Assembly (NCBI RefSeq): GCF_004010195.1
Contig: NC_057718.1
Span: 68,248,401 to 68,312,400, forward strand
DNA from: Chiloscyllium plagiosum
Taxonomy: Eukaryota
DNA: 64,000 nucleotides
Reading direction: 5' to 3'
A program made the translations under genes and the position numbers. Shown piece after piece: positions 41,735 to 55,534 of this stretch. The notes beneath the pieces are model-generated. The model searched no databases, was not told the DNA's origin, and worked only from the letters and a program-made list of their open reading frames with translations. Every line of letters begins with the position of its first letter. Positions within the stretch are counted from its first letter, which is position 1.

Positions 41735-41759
41735 TTCAAATCCCGACGACGAGCCCCCA
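41735..41759 (-). promoter_or_regulatory. Primer-binding site, tRNA-Pro
   Basis: + strand TTCAAATCCCG(AC)GACGAGCCCCCA matches the tRNA-Pro 3' end with a 2-nt insertion and sits next to the LTR. Confidence 0.85.
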
Positions 41760-41762
41760 GAC

Positions 41763-42486
41763 TGTTATGTCACAGGGTAAACCCTCCTGCTTAATTTAAA
41801 CCAGCAACACAGAAAAGATTTATCTTGTGCACTAATCTGTGAAAATTCGAGAGGCCAAGAACTACTTGAAGTAAAAATTAACTACTTTATTTCTTAAAGT
41901 ATAACAGAGAATAATTAACTAACAACTATTTACAACACCTCCTCTAACCTATTTTTTACTTTCCCTTCTATAATACTATTCCGATAAAACCCCCGATTAA
42001 GATTTACTGAAAAATTCAAATTTCAAAACCAGCCAGCTGTTGAATCTTCTCTTTTATATTTTCCTCTGTAGCGTTGCTCTCCAGGTTGGTGTTGATGTTT
42101 TTCTCTGTGCAAGCTTCTTCTCTAGACAGGTACCTCTCAGAGAGTTCTAACGAGTGGCCTACATCTATTGGTCTTTTTGGCAGTTGTCCCCCAGCTGTTC
42201 AATTTTTCCCGGTCTTATACCCTCAAAAGTACCGGATTATGTCATTGGCTTTTAATAATGTCAATATACTAAGTTCAAACGTGATTGGAGTTTGGTATTT
42301 TTCGGGGTATAATTTAAACTGATTGACCTAATTTAAATTTGTTTTATTTTGTCTCAGGCAACTAGCTACACTAGCTGTTGGACCAAAAGGTTACATTGTA
42401 TCTTGTTGAGAACACTTGGTGCTGTCAGATAGTTCTGCTAGCTTTTAACTTTCTTAAAGATACAGTACACCCACATCTTCATAACC
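41763..42486 (-). repeat. 5' LTR of the Gmr1-like element
   Basis: TGTTATG...CATAAC(C) termini; aligns with 35435-36155; PBS adjacent. Confidence 0.9.
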
Positions 42487-42656
42487 TTAATGTCCTTTAG
42501 GGAAGGAAACTGCCATCCTTACCTGATGTGGACTACATGTGACTCCAGACACACAGCAATGTGGTTGACTCTCAACTGCCTTCTGGGCAATTAAGGATTG
42601 GCAATAAATGCTGGCCTATATAGCGACACCCTCATCCTGTGAATCAATTTAAAAAA

Positions 42657-43800
42657 GTCCTGAAAATGTGCACTGTGAAACTAACCACGCTATTGGCCAA
42701 GTTATTCAGTACAGATGCAGCATTTCCAACAATGTAGGAGATTGCCAGGTAGAACTTATTGACACAAATCTGGACAAATCCAAATCAGTCGAAAATACCT
42801 CCATCAGTTAATTCTTGGTAATCAGCAGAGCAATGGAAAGTATCATCAATAGTGCCTTCAAGCAGCAATGATCTGTTTACTGATGCTTAGTTTGAATTCA
42901 CTAGATCCAGTCTGCTCCTGACTTCATTACATTATGGAAAAAAGAGCTGGATGCACGGTGAGGTGAGTAAGACTTTACTTGGCATCAGGAAATATTTAAT
43001 GGAGTGTGTCATCAAGGAGCCTGAGCGAAACTAACACAAATATATTCACCTAAGTTGTATGACCTTTCAATCTTTTACTATAAATTCTGTGTCTGATGTA
43101 TTCTCTCCCATTAGCTATCTTAGGAGGGAATGGGGCTCTAAAAGCTTGCAGTTTCCAATAAGCCTGTTGGACTATAATCCAATGTCAAATGAGTTTTGAC
43201 TTCATCCACCCCAGTCCAACACTGGCACCTCTACATCCCAAATAGAAATCTGGGAGAAAAACTGTCTGCTGGTTGGGGTCATACCTGGCACAAAGAAAAA
43301 TGGTTGCTAAAGGCCAATCATGTCAGCTCCAGGATATCTTGACAGGCACTCCTCAGTTCTAATCTCAACCATCTGCATCAATGACCTTCCCTGCTCAACC
43401 AACCCCATATCATAAGGGCAGAAGTGAAGGATGTTCGCTCATGATTGCACAATGTGCAGCGCCATTCACAGCTCTTCAGATACTGAAGCGGTTTGTGTCC
43501 AAATGCAGAAGACTTGGAAAACATCAAAGCTTGGGTTCATAGTGATAAGTAACATTTGCGCTGAATGAGTCTTGGCCAATGACCATCTCCAGCAAAAGTA
43601 GATCTATTCATTGTACCAGGCATTATCATTGATGAGTCCTGGATCCTTAAACTCCTGGCAGTTGCCATTGACTAGAACCTGAAATGAACCAGCCATAATA
43701 ATCTTGAAACTGCAAGAACAGATCAGAGGCTGGGAATTCTGTGATGAGAATCCATTTGCTTACTCTTCAAACCTTGTCCACTAACTACAAAGTTTGTGGA
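42657..43800 (+). mobile_element. Old CR1/L2-group LINE remnant (continues from 34950-35236)
   Basis: Related to the 18475-21050 family (MFA.DCT, INDLP). Confidence 0.65.
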
Positions 43801-45779
43801 AGAATTGGATGAGAAGTTCAATGACTTGCATCTGAGCATCAAGGGCACTAAAATAAAATGTTTATTCTTTAAAACAAGCACTGTGGCAAGTTTCTCACTG
43901 GGCTGTGATGAGTTACTCATTAAGTAAGCTTGTTGCTTGCTGAAGGCCAAACATATCTCGTTAATTTTTCAACTTTGTGCCTTCCCAGACAAGATAGCTG
44001 TTGAGAAACCTCAACATGGAATCAGAGCAAGCAATTGGTGGATTCAGGTTACTGCTTGCTCTGAATGACCTCCACATTATATATGAGCAAAGTGCATATC
44101 AGAACACAACTCCCAGCTATTAACTGCACAAAATGTATTGTTCATAGGCATTGACAATTGGCATGTGTCAATCCCTCACATCCATCATGCTACATCTTTG
44201 ATACATTTGCTGACCACTTAAGAAACACAAACTCTCAGACAGTGTGCATCAGACACCAGCAATAGACATCTGCAGTAGAGGCACATTGTACACGGATCGG
44301 CACCTAACTCAAGGATTGGGCCAGGCTTCACTGTAAAGGTCCCTGTTTGATCTCTTAACTTTTATTCATGTAGTCCCTACCTAAATGCTTGTGACAGCCA
44401 CGTTTGCATTGTCATGCCATGCGTATTAGCATTTGGCACTTCAGCCAGTGCCAAAAGCTGTCACGACTGCATTTTGAGACAGGCTGTTTGTCATGCTCAT
44501 CCGTGCAAATGGGTCAGTGTATGGGGGAGACGGGACATCTTGATGAACAGCACATCAAGATGTCAAGTTAATACCTGTATAGCTGACTGTGGCAAACAGG
44601 CCACCATTTGTACATCACCATGTCAAAAGGTTTTGGAGGCTAGTCCTCATTCTAGTTGTCGGAGAGGGTCTGCTGCCAGTCAGCAAATCCTGATGCCATG
44701 GGCACATTCATGGACACAGGCCACACAGTCCAGGAGTGTCACCATTGTCAATTTTCTACTTGGGACATTCATGGTCAGTGCAGATTGAGGGTTGTGCAGT
44801 AGTCAGTTCTTCAGTCAAGGGACTGGTCAATCACATCTAGCATCTGGCATTGAAGTCAGTCAGAGGTCTAGAGTCTTGGGTGTTCATTCATCAATTGTTC
44901 AGGAGGGTTCAAAGGGACTCCTATTGGAGAAGTGGGTTCACCATTGCCAGAAGGGGTGGGGAAGCAAAGACATTTGCAAAGAAGGGATAAGGATGTGGAT
45001 GGGGTGAGAGGAAAGCTCAAGGTGTATTGAATGGTGTTCGGAACTGCATCGGGGGCTTGTGGGCTACAAGCAGGTCAGAATTAGTGGCAGTAACCAAAAC
45101 TGAAAAATCAAATTTACTTCATTAAAGTGTAATGCTGAGATTCAGGGGGCAGGGAGGACAACAGGAGGCAAAGTTCAATGTGATGGGTCTCCATATATGT
45201 GATGGTGATATAGAGAAAATGGACCTTTGGGGCAATGTGCATTAAAAGGAGACACAGAGGTTGTGGGGGGCAATATCTAATGGTCAGTTGGGGCCTGGTG
45301 CTGACAATGCCCACTATGAGCTGTTTTCCTTGCCATCACTTGTTCTCTAGATGCAAAGAACTCCAAGGAAATGACTGAGATAATGTCCAAAGTGGATACA
45401 GTCTATGTCAGTTTAATGGGTAAACATGTGGAATATATGTTTGCTATATGCTGGAACACATATATGAAGCAGCCATTTGCAAAGCCCAGCTACATTTAAT
45501 CTGCAGTCATTTCATTGCCCATTTTCCATGCATGAGTGCAATTACTTCTGGGTCAGAAGCAGGTCAAAGGCAATTTGCAATATTCCATTGGTACTTGCAA
45601 ATTGAACTTGGGATCTGAATGCTGCTGAAGTTAGCAAAGACAGTACAAAAGATCAATGCTGGCTGAAGGGGAACCATTATTCCAAGGGTTATGTGGGAAC
45701 TGCACACCATGATTTTCTGTCGTGTAGTGTAGCAATGGTCCATACTGAATTCAGTGAGAAGTGTTTGAAGTGGATTTAG

Positions 45780-46120
45780 GATGGGAAGTCAGTTGGAGTG
45801 CTGCAGGTACATTCTTCCCAATGATATTGGGTGATCACTCAGCCAATGTAACACAAACGTGTTGCACAGGCTGAACCTAAATGTGTCTGAATGATGGAGC
45901 CCTGTCCCTCATTATCATGGTGCAGCTTGTCTCACTGTGTGGAGAAGTGTGCCTGGCAGTCATTTGCATAGTCAGCCATCAATGAATGCAGGGCCAGGAG
46001 GTGTACTCCAGCAGAGTTCAAACAGAGCGTGTTGTTCTATAAGAGTGTGCTATACTCTGCACAATTGGAGCGGACAATGAGGCGATGAACTGGATACTGA
46101 GCGACAGGGGGCTTCGTAGG
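45780..46120 (+). mobile_element. PIF/Harbinger transposase remnant
   Basis: 45994-46068 translates PGGVLQQSSNRACCSIRVCYTLHNW, resembling the HARBI1-family GG.LQY.P...I...C..LHN motif. Confidence 0.5.
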
Positions 46121-47464
46121 AGATGGATAAGGATATTGGTGAGAAGCAAGTTGTTATTGTCTAGTATTGGATGCTTCAAGCCAGAAAGAATCCCCTTAGC
46201 CTTTCTCCTTTAATCTTAACCCTAACCCATTTCCAATATGAGGACTGGGTGCAACAGAGAGTATGACTCTATAATATTGGATACTCATGAAACTTGATTT
46301 GCATTGTGAAGCCTGTATTATTTCACCCGTATTTACTTTTGCAAATAAAAACTTTGGATTTGTCCAATTGCTTATGATTGTGATGATTACCCCACTAGAC
46401 AATGACAGGCTGTAGATCCACAAGAAACATTGGGGCAGAGGATAGCCCTGATTTAGAGGGTATTCAGACAGGCTGTAGCTGTGGACAAGTAAAATGTATG
46501 GCATCGTGGTTAAGCTGCACTTAGAGTGAGAGAATGGGGTTGTATGTGTGGGGGCTGTCATGTGCTGTGGGCAACATGGCTTTGTGGCTGCCATGATGTT
46601 GCTGGTGAGGGTCAATGCCAGATTGCCAAAGCTTGTTCAAGTCAACAGCTGCCTTTCAAAGATGAGACGGGCACAAGAGGTGCCATCTGCTGGCAAATAT
46701 CCACCAAGTGGCAAGTTGATCTGGGAACACCACATGGAAAAGGTGGGACTCAGCTTGGATGTTAGGACATTTTAGGGGTGGGGTGAGTATTAATGAGACA
46801 AGTTTGGTCGGATACAACAAGGAAAGTCATTAGGTCTTGTGTCAGAAATCCTGCTAGAAAATTTGATGCAACTTGGATTATGTTCCACTTCACTGGCATA
46901 TCACTTGGAAATCAAGCCCTTATCAAGTTAAAATTGGGAGTTCTGAAATTACTGACCTCTTGTGAGATCTATTAGTGATCAAGATTCAGATATCCACAAC
47001 AAAACTGAATTTGTTTCAAAATGTTCAGTTTAAGGATTTTCACAAATGTTTTCTTATAATATGTTTTTATTTTTAAAGTACATTTATAAACAACATTTTA
47101 TAAACAACATTTCAGCATTACAAAAACAATTATTTTGTAATTTCTAATGGTTTAGTAACAAATCCAGCTTTTAGAATAGAGGTTGAGTTGTAGAGTTTTA
47201 AACAGACCAGAAATATGATTAAACCATTTAGTGCTATGCCAGTGACACAATACATGGAGCACTCTTTCTTTAATCTTGGAAGTCTACATTTAAAGTTAGT
47301 CCAGCCTCAGGAATCAAAGACTATTCTTCTTGACAGTTTCTGTGAAATCAGTTCAGGTAGTCTCAATCCAGTTTCTGATGGATGTTAGTTCACAGAAAAA
47401 TTTGTATTAAATTGGCATTGATAATTCAGGAAACATTTAAGGCACTCAGATTCTCATTTTAAGG

Positions 47465-47905
47465 CACATAGAAAGATAGAAAAATATGAGCAGGGATAGG
47501 CTATTTGACCCCTTGAACCTGCTCGAACATTCAATAAGGTCATGGCTGATGATGCAACTCAGCAATTTGTTGCTGTTTTCTCCACATAGCCTTAGTCCAA
47601 AGAACTTTATCTAACTCCTCCTTGAAAATATTCAATGTTTTGGCTCAACCACATTCTGTGGCAATACCAAACTCTCCTCATCTCATTCCTAGATGGACTA
47701 CCCTTTATCTTTAAACTGTGACCCCTGATACTGGACTTCCCGGTCATCAGGAATATCCTTCCTACATTTACTTATCCAGTCTGTTAGAATTTTATAGGTT
47801 TCTATAAGAACCCTCACATTCTCCTAAACTCCAGGGAATATAGACCTAACAAATTTAGTCCCTTGTCTATGTCAGTACAGCCATCCCATGAATCAGCTTG
47901 GTAAT
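47465..47905 (-). mobile_element. CR1-group LINE 3' fragment
   Basis: LIETYKIL and SRGH-type C-terminal remnants; TCTATG tail. Confidence 0.7.
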
Positions 47906-49144
47906 ACCACTTTGATATACGTTATTCAGGAAGAAAAACATCTCACCATGTTATGAATGATCTGCTACAGTTTGACTCCAACCCTGCACACATAATGTAT
48001 TGCAATTGCCTCCAGTGATACTTTTCAACTTAAAGAAGTAAAAAAAAAAGCAATTTAATGAGTAGTTTGGAGTGAGATGTCTGAATAGCCTCCTTTAAGA
48101 ATGATTGTGATTTACTATTCAGTGGTTGCTATCAATTGTAGTCATTTCTTCATGCGCAAGAAGGTTAAGAGAGGCACTGAGGGCAGTACTATTCCTGCAT
48201 CTCTTATTAGCTGCTTACATTACAGGAATAGCAGACATTTAAAAGCAGGCCATCTAATTAAGGTAACTTTGAACTTGAAAAAGCATTAGGGTGACCACTT
48301 GCAGATGTCCAGAATGCCAGACATTCCTCTGCCAACTTTTCCATTGTTTCTCTTCCAGAACATGCCCCCTTTAAGATCAATCTGCTGACACTTTACTCAG
48401 CCCTAGGGGGTAAATGGGTGCAGGAACTGTGCTGGCTTCAAAGTTTCGGGTGAGGCAGACTTCTTTTGTGTTCAGAGCTGGATTGCGATGGTGGCGCTGG
48501 TGACTCCACAACTGAGCCTGAGACAAAGGCTGAATCTGAAGTTGGAATCATGCAAGTATAAGCTGGGGACTAAAGCAAGTACAGGAGAATCTTCAGTCAT
48601 GGTGACAATCACATACAGCAAGCTCACCAACTTACCACACACTCCAATGAAGATTATCAAGTGAGATTCTTAAAGATATTTCAAAATAAAAATGCTGGAT
48701 ATTAGAGACAGTCCAGCTATTTAAAACCCAGATAATCTGCAATAATTTTGAACAAATGACTAAAGTTCTAGACATTTATATACATAAGAAAAGAGAAAAT
48801 CCACTTGCCTGTGGAAAAATTCACAACAAATATGCAATTGTCTGTGTCACTGGGTTAGTATCGGGTAAATAGCCAGGATTCCCGGTGGTGAAAGTTGTCT
48901 AGTAACATTTAGATATGAGGATGCCAAATAAGGATATGATAAGGTCCCCAGTGGTATTAGATAGCAACTTCTATTGATTGTATTCTTTAAAAATTCTCAT
49001 TCAGAGTACTTTAAAAGTAGACAAGGCCAGACGAAATGTATCCCAAGCTGCTGTGTGGAGCAAGGGAGGAAAAGCAGGGACACCTGGTAAGAATTTTAAA
49101 CTCTTCGCTGGCCACAAGAGAATAGCCAGAGGATTGGAGACAGC

Positions 49145-50168
49145 TGATTTTTTTTTTATTCGCTCCTGGGACATGGAAGTTATTGACTGATACAGTTTTT
49201 CAAGAAGTGAGCAAGGGATAAACTGGGAAACTACAGGACAGTCACACTAACATTGGTGATGAGGGAACTATGGGAAGCAATTGTGAGGGACAATATTAAT
49301 CTATTTAGAGAAGCAAGGATTAATCTTGAATGGTTAGCATGGTTTTGTTTGAACATGTCTGAACAGTTCAATTTAATTTTTCAAAGAGGTAACTAGCTGT
49401 GTGGATGAGGACAAAGCTTTTGACTGGAAAGGGTGCAAAAAAGATTTACAAGGGTGTTGCCTGGATTGAAAGGTTTGAGTTATAAGGAGAGGCGGGATAG
49501 GTTGAGACTTTTTTTCCCTGGAGTGTAGGAGGCTGAGGGGTGACCTTATAGAAGTTTATAAAATAATGAGGGGCAAAGATAAGGTAGATAGCCAAGTCTT
49601 TTTCCCCAGCGTAAGGGATTCCAAAACTAGAGGGCATAGATTTAAAGTGAGTGAGGAAAGATTTAAAATGGGCCTGAGGGGCAACATTTTTACGCAGAGG
49701 GTGGTGCTTATATAGAAAGATCTGCCAAAAGAAATAGTGGAGGTGGTACAATTGCAACATTTAAAATGAATTTGGACAAGTACGTGGATAGGAAAGGTTT
49801 ATAGGAATACTGGCCAAATGCAGGCAAATAAGACTAGTTCAGTTTAGGAAATCCAGTCAGCATAAACAGGTTGGGTCAAAGGGGTTTTTTGTGCTGTATG
49901 ACTCTACAGCTCTACATAGTTTACTTGGTCTTCAGCAAGATTTTTGATAAGGTCATGCATGGGCAACTGATAATGCAGCCCATGGGATCCAAGGAAATTT
50001 AGATAACTGGATCCACATTTGGCTGAGTGGCAGGATGCTGAAGGTGATGGTTGAGGTTTTTTATTTATAACTGGAAGCCTATGTCTATTGGGGATCCACA
50101 GGGATTAATGTTGGGGGCTTTGTGGTTATATAAATGATTTAGATCTTGAAGTTAAGAAGGTTGATCAG
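49145..50168 (+). mobile_element. Nested CR1 fragments
   Basis: A CR1 3' piece (~49425-49915) interrupts another CR1 RT at DEDKAFD|V. Confidence 0.8.
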
Positions 50169-50224
50169 TGTTGGAGTTCCCCATCTGTGAAGAAAATTAT
50201 TATTTGAGGCAATAGTTTCCATTG

Positions 50225-50540
50225 TGGGCGGCACGGTGGCACAGTGGCTAGCTCTGCTGCCTCACAGCGCCAGAGACCTGGGTTCAGTTCCCGCCCCAGG
50301 CGACTCTCTGTGTGGAGTTTGCACATTCTCCCTGTGTCTGCATGGGTTTCCTTTGGGCGCTCCGGTTTCCTCCCACAATCCAAAATTGTGCAGGTTAGGT
50401 GGATTGGCCACGCTAAATTGCCCATAGTGTTAGGTGAAGGGGTAAATGTAGGGGAATGGGTCTGGGTGGGTTGCGCTTCGGCGGGTCGGTGTGGACTTGT
50501 TGGGCCGAAGGGCCTGTTTCCACACTGTAACTAATCTAAA
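50225..50540 (+). mobile_element. HE1-type V-SINE inside an LTR
   Basis: Head, V-domain and tail. Confidence 0.92.
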
Positions 50541-50619
50541 AAAAATTGTCAGAATTGTAACTTTCTTACTCATGGAAACCAGATAAGATAACAAAGTGCC
50601 TCATGTAAATCTTAGTAGG

Positions 50620-51221
50620 TGTGACAACGCTGTTCCTTTTAACAAGGTTATGTTGTACTTGGTTTTCTTTTCAAAAGGGGTCGTAAGAGGCAGAGGTTCC
50701 AATTTGTCTGGACAGGCCACTTTGATTATGGCTAACAGATACTGCGTAAAGCAACAATAAGGGTAAAAGGGCTTTTAGATTTTTTAAGAAACACTTGTAC
50801 AATGAAAAGGGAGTGACCAGTTCTCCCAGTTCAGTGATTTTCTAGTTTGGTTTAGTGTTTAGCTGGGCACCCAATGAAACAGCTACAGTGAAAAAAGGTT
50901 CCATGCTGATTCTCTCTCTCGCATCTCTCTTGTAAGAACCTGTGGTTGAATTTACCTTTCTGCCAAAGGGTGTGTTTATAGGGATGTCGCAGGAAAGCGG
51001 AGCAGCACCATTAAGTTGTGATAGAGTCGGTTGGGTTTTCAGATAGGTTAAGTTATTCTATATTCTGTTCTCTTTTGTTCGTGTTTCATTTGGTAGTCTG
51101 TTAATAAATTCTGTTTTGTTTAAAATTGAGTGGTTTGACTAGCTGCATCACTCCTGGAATCTACTTAAAACAATAAGAAAAGTTAGAAGTGTTTAGAGGA
51201 GGTCTGGCCTGGTACATAACA
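50620..51221 (+). mobile_element. Solo LTR nested in the 5' LTR
   Basis: TGTGAC...ATAACA termini; flanks GTAGG/GAAGG; absent at the matching position of the 3' LTR (~55442). Confidence 0.75.
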
Positions 51222-53895
51222 GAAGGAAAGAGAAAATTTGTTATTTAGAAAAGTTTAGAAGGAAAAGTCTGCTCCCACCATAATCAAAGGCTTAAGTAAT
51301 TGCCATTATATATTATACATGTTGCTATATTGTAATTATAAGTGCAAGCTAACATTCTTTAGACAAGTTGTTGTAGATAGTGCCCTCATCCCATTAGCAG
51401 GGGGAATTGAAGGACGAATGATATAAACACAAAGGATTAAATATCATGCAATAAAGGGTATAAACAGATAATCATGTGAAAGGACACCGGAAAACAACAA
51501 AGTAAGGGGACAATTGCAAAACATTACTTCGTCATTATGACCTCTGGGAAAATATTCGCAGCTTCACAAGGTAACAATCAGCACCCCTCTATATGACGTA
51601 ATTGGGGAGGGGCATAATGGTCAGATGAGAGGTGGCAAATGCTAGGATCAATGTTGCATGTGATCATTGTAAGGCAGAATGTATAAAGAAATGTCTGGGG
51701 AGTGTCTCAAAGTCTGTCTCCAGTGACAACTTCTCGGTTGCGTAGTAAGGAGCTGCAAACAAAGACTGATTTGTGCTGCTGAACACCAGACTCAAGATTC
51801 CTCTTTAAAATCTCTCTCCAACAATTGGCACTGTGAGCAGAGTTATATCTTGGTCTGTGACCGAATTTGTGGGACCTAAATTAGGTGAGTTTGTTTAACA
51901 TTACCACCCTTTATGAACCCCGGAGTCAATCCAGGCTATAAGGTGTGGTACTAAAAGAACTAAAGCAGAGAGGGGAGTTGTGTCATGTGAGGTGGCCATT
52001 CAATAGGCCCTAGTTCACCCTGGGCTCAGTAAAGAGCCTCATAATTGAATTGAGAGAGGAACATCTGGACTGGGGATGGGAAAGAGCTGCAAGCATGACA
52101 TTTAGGCAGAAAGCATGAAAGTGATTACAAGGCAGAACACAGGAGTGCACACAGGGAACTAAGGAAGATAAGAAAGGAAGAAACCTTACACCACCTTAAA
52201 ATTGATTAATGAGTCAGGATCAGGGTTTAAGCAAAATGTTCAAGGAGGAGAAAATAGAGAAGGAAGACCCCAAGGGACACATTCCCTAACACTTTGGCTG
52301 GAGGGCAGGATGCTGCCTCAATCACTTTAACGAGACTGAAATACTCTGTGCCTATAATCTGTTTCCTCTATATTCTATGTATCAGTGAACCATCCCCTTT
52401 TGCCATGGTTGTATATTTTCTTTATCTACCTCACTAATGTATCGCAGTTGTAACTGTTTAATTGGCTTTAAGTTTGGGAAATTGTGAGAAGCAGCAATCT
52501 TTAATTGAGGTTATCATGTCACTGGCATATTTGAAAATGCGACTTGTAGATAGTTTAATTGTCAAGTTAGGATCATCAGCAGCAGGAGCTGTACTAGAAA
52601 TTGTAGAAATATGCAATGGTAATTATGAATGTGTCCCTGATAGACTAAAGGAACAACTGAGTTAGAAACTGTCTGTAACAAGTTAAGCTACGGTGCCATT
52701 CTGTGCTTTATACTGGATAAAGAAAATAGAAAGCTGCAGGTATTGGTAAAAGAATTGCAAGGTAGAAGTGATTACCAATAGGAAAGAACAAGGAAAAGGC
52801 TGCGGGTGAACCCAACATTGCGACTGGAAAAGTTAGATGTTGATGTTGGAACTGATGGTGAAATGGACTGCTCCTCTGATATAGAAAAAAAATCAAAACA
52901 TGCCCAACAGAAATCTGTGTACGTAGTAGCTGGGACTGTTATCTTGCAAGACCTTGAGAATATATTTACAGCATTTCCTCCACTGTTTCATTTCTGTGTA
53001 ATGAGACAAAGCCAGTGTGTACTATCACCCATGAGCTGGAAGTGGTGGAGGAAGGAGTAGGAGTAGAAGTTAACAAAGAGATCAACAAGTCCCTTTCCCC
53101 CAGTGAGATTAAAGAAGCCCTCGGTGAAAATTGGATTGTATTCACAGAGGTATTATGAAAATTACATCAACTGAAATCAGTACTAAAACAAACAGTACTC
53201 CAAAAGCATCATAGATTCAAAATTTCCAAACCTATTTCATTGAAAAGTTTAAAAACATTTTTAAAACTGCTGTAGAAATAATATTGTGTCAGAAATAGTT
53301 TAGCTTGTTCTTGAAACAAGCCTTTTTGGAAGTCATACAATTTGAACACTGAATTTGGAATGAGAATTATTTTGTCCAAATATCTTCTTAGAAAATGTTT
53401 TCTTTAAAACAATAGAACTTTAAAATACCAGTTTGAGAGTATTAAAAGATTTTCTGACATTTTTTTTAAACTGAATATGTGAAAGTATGACATGATGAAA
53501 GTATGTCACTTGGTGACTTCGACTCTGCCTATTCTGAGACCGCAGAGTTGTTTCTTCTCTCATGCCTTGTGTGTGGTGTAATTTGCGATTCTGGGTATGA
53601 AGAATCCACTGGCTTCTTCCAGTGGATTTTGGTTTTTAATTTCTGAACAGGTCTCAAGAACACAGGAAGGGAGCTGAAAGTCTTCTGGCAGCAGAGTCTT
53701 TGAAATTAGGAGAATCCTAAACTGGCTACAATTACTCAAACCATCAAGCCTGGGTGTAAATTTTTCTGAAATTGGGATTGATAAAATTACTTGACATTAG
53801 CAGTTAGTTTAAACATACGATGGGAAATTCAATAGAATGTTTAAGGGCAAATAATTTTAAATATTTAAGTTTTAAAAGAAGAATTAATGGAAACA

Positions 53896-54088
53896 AAAAC
53901 TGAAAACTACTGCAGATGGTGTAAATCAGAAACAAAAACAGAAATTGCTGGAAAAGCTCAGCAGGTCTGGCAGCTCTGTTCAGAGAATTCAAAGTTAACA
54001 TTTTGGGTCGTTAACTTTAACTTTGATTCCTCTCCACAGGTGCTGCCAGACCTGCTGAGCTTTTCCAGCAATACCTGTTTTTGTTGCC
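53896..54088. mobile_element. Tiny fold-back PLE terminus insertion
   Basis: TSD AATGGAAACA at 53886-95 and 54089-98; inverted arms 53931-74 and 54042-85. Confidence 0.8.
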
Positions 54089-55534
54089 AATGGAAACAGT
54101 CTGGCTGGTTTTAATTTGTAACAGAAAATACAGGGATAGATTGTTTTGGATGAAATTAACTGAAACCTGTTAGCCAACAAAACTGCAAAGACTGGGCATA
54201 AAAGAAACTCGAGACTGCTTTTGTCAAATTTGAATTTAGAATAATTTTGAAAAAAGGCAAGTAAAGTAAACACTACTAAGTTATATTTGACAAAATTGTA
54301 TACACTATTTTCTTAGAAAGACCAAACAAGCAAAATTTGGGAATATTTGAAACGACACAGTAATGATGTTATTTGTCTCTTTTAAAGCTATTGCATAAAC
54401 ATGCTTCTTTTTGCTTTATAATCTGGACAGTAAAGTTTCTCCAGAGTTCCTGAATTAGATATAATGATAATTAATGGGGCCACATTTAGAATAAAATAAT
54501 ATTAATAGGAAAAAAAGTGACAGCATCAAATGGAAACAGGAATGACTTACCTTGGATGCAGTTAAATAGAAAATGTTCAATGAAATCAAAGTGTAGATAG
54601 AATTAATTAATTCACAGTTTTCTCTTGGAGATCTGTATGCCCTTTCCTGTGATTTTCTTAGGGCTGATTGGCTGATTTGGACCAGGTGTGGAGGATACAA
54701 AGGCACCCACAAGCAGATTTTGATCTTTTGGAAGTCAAGTTCATGGCATGATCTTGGGAAACTGATGTAAGTGTGCAGTAGTGGCTGTTACATCTGCAGT
54801 GACTAACATGCAGGAATGCAAGCTGAAAATGCACCAAAGAGAACGGGCCTCAGACATATACACCTACTTGACAAAATGATTAGGATGGTCTGGAAGAGCA
54901 TAAAAACATAGTTTAAATAATGAGGCACTGACACACAATCCATAGAGAAATTGATTTTTGGTATTGGTGAGAGGAGGTAGAAGTTGCAATTGGTAACAAG
55001 GAGGGAAAAGTACTGAATAAATATCCACAAGATGGGCAAAAATGAAAGAATAACTGGAATGTTTTATGTCCTTCCATAACCTGTCACCAGTTAAGTATGA
55101 GTCAATGTTAAACTTTATTATATGTATAATCAGTTTGGGATTATTGTACATGCTTCAAAATATACCATTAAGGGTTAATTATTAAAGGTGATTTGGACTT
55201 GCCAATGAGTGATTGAAATAAAGTGGAAAAGTAGGCGGTGAAGGTAGGGAAAACAGGCATTATTGCCTAGGTCAGTACCATAAGACACAGGCCAGTTTGG
55301 TGAATAGGTCAAGGGCCTAAAGGGGAGTTTTTGGATTTGCCCATTGGTGAAGAAATTTGTTATTTGAGGCAGCAGTTTCCACAGTCTTCATACACATGTC
55401 AACCTGATAAGATGATGAAGTATCTCATATAAATCTTAGTAGAAAAAAGAAAACTTGTTACTTAGTAAAGTGTAAAAGGGAAAGTCTGATCCCACCATAA
55501 TCGAAGGCTTAAGTAATTGCCATTACATATTATA

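Larger units (their letters stand above)
35435..42486 (-). mobile_element. Decayed Gmr1-like Ty3/Gypsy LTR retrotransposon
   Basis: Two ~720-bp direct LTRs (35435-36155, 41763-42486); TAAT flanks at 35431-34 and 42488-91; PPT ~36156-36170. Gag has PEAYRQWFR...LLEEFKNSLP and the CFHCGKVGHVKSEC knuckle. Order on the minus strand is protease RDTGS, then integrase (IDCVGPL, SDQGSNF), then RT (ATFQRLMN, YLNN), then RNase H (DASDIGVGAV, EKELL, DHNPL). Confidence 0.93.
35237..42656 (+). mobile_element. tRNA-headed SINE (second family) split by the Gypsy element: 35237-35434 and 42488-42656
   Basis: The halves join as ...CTGGTTCACTAATGTCCTTTAGGGAAGG...; an uninterrupted copy is at 56705-57060. Confidence 0.85.
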
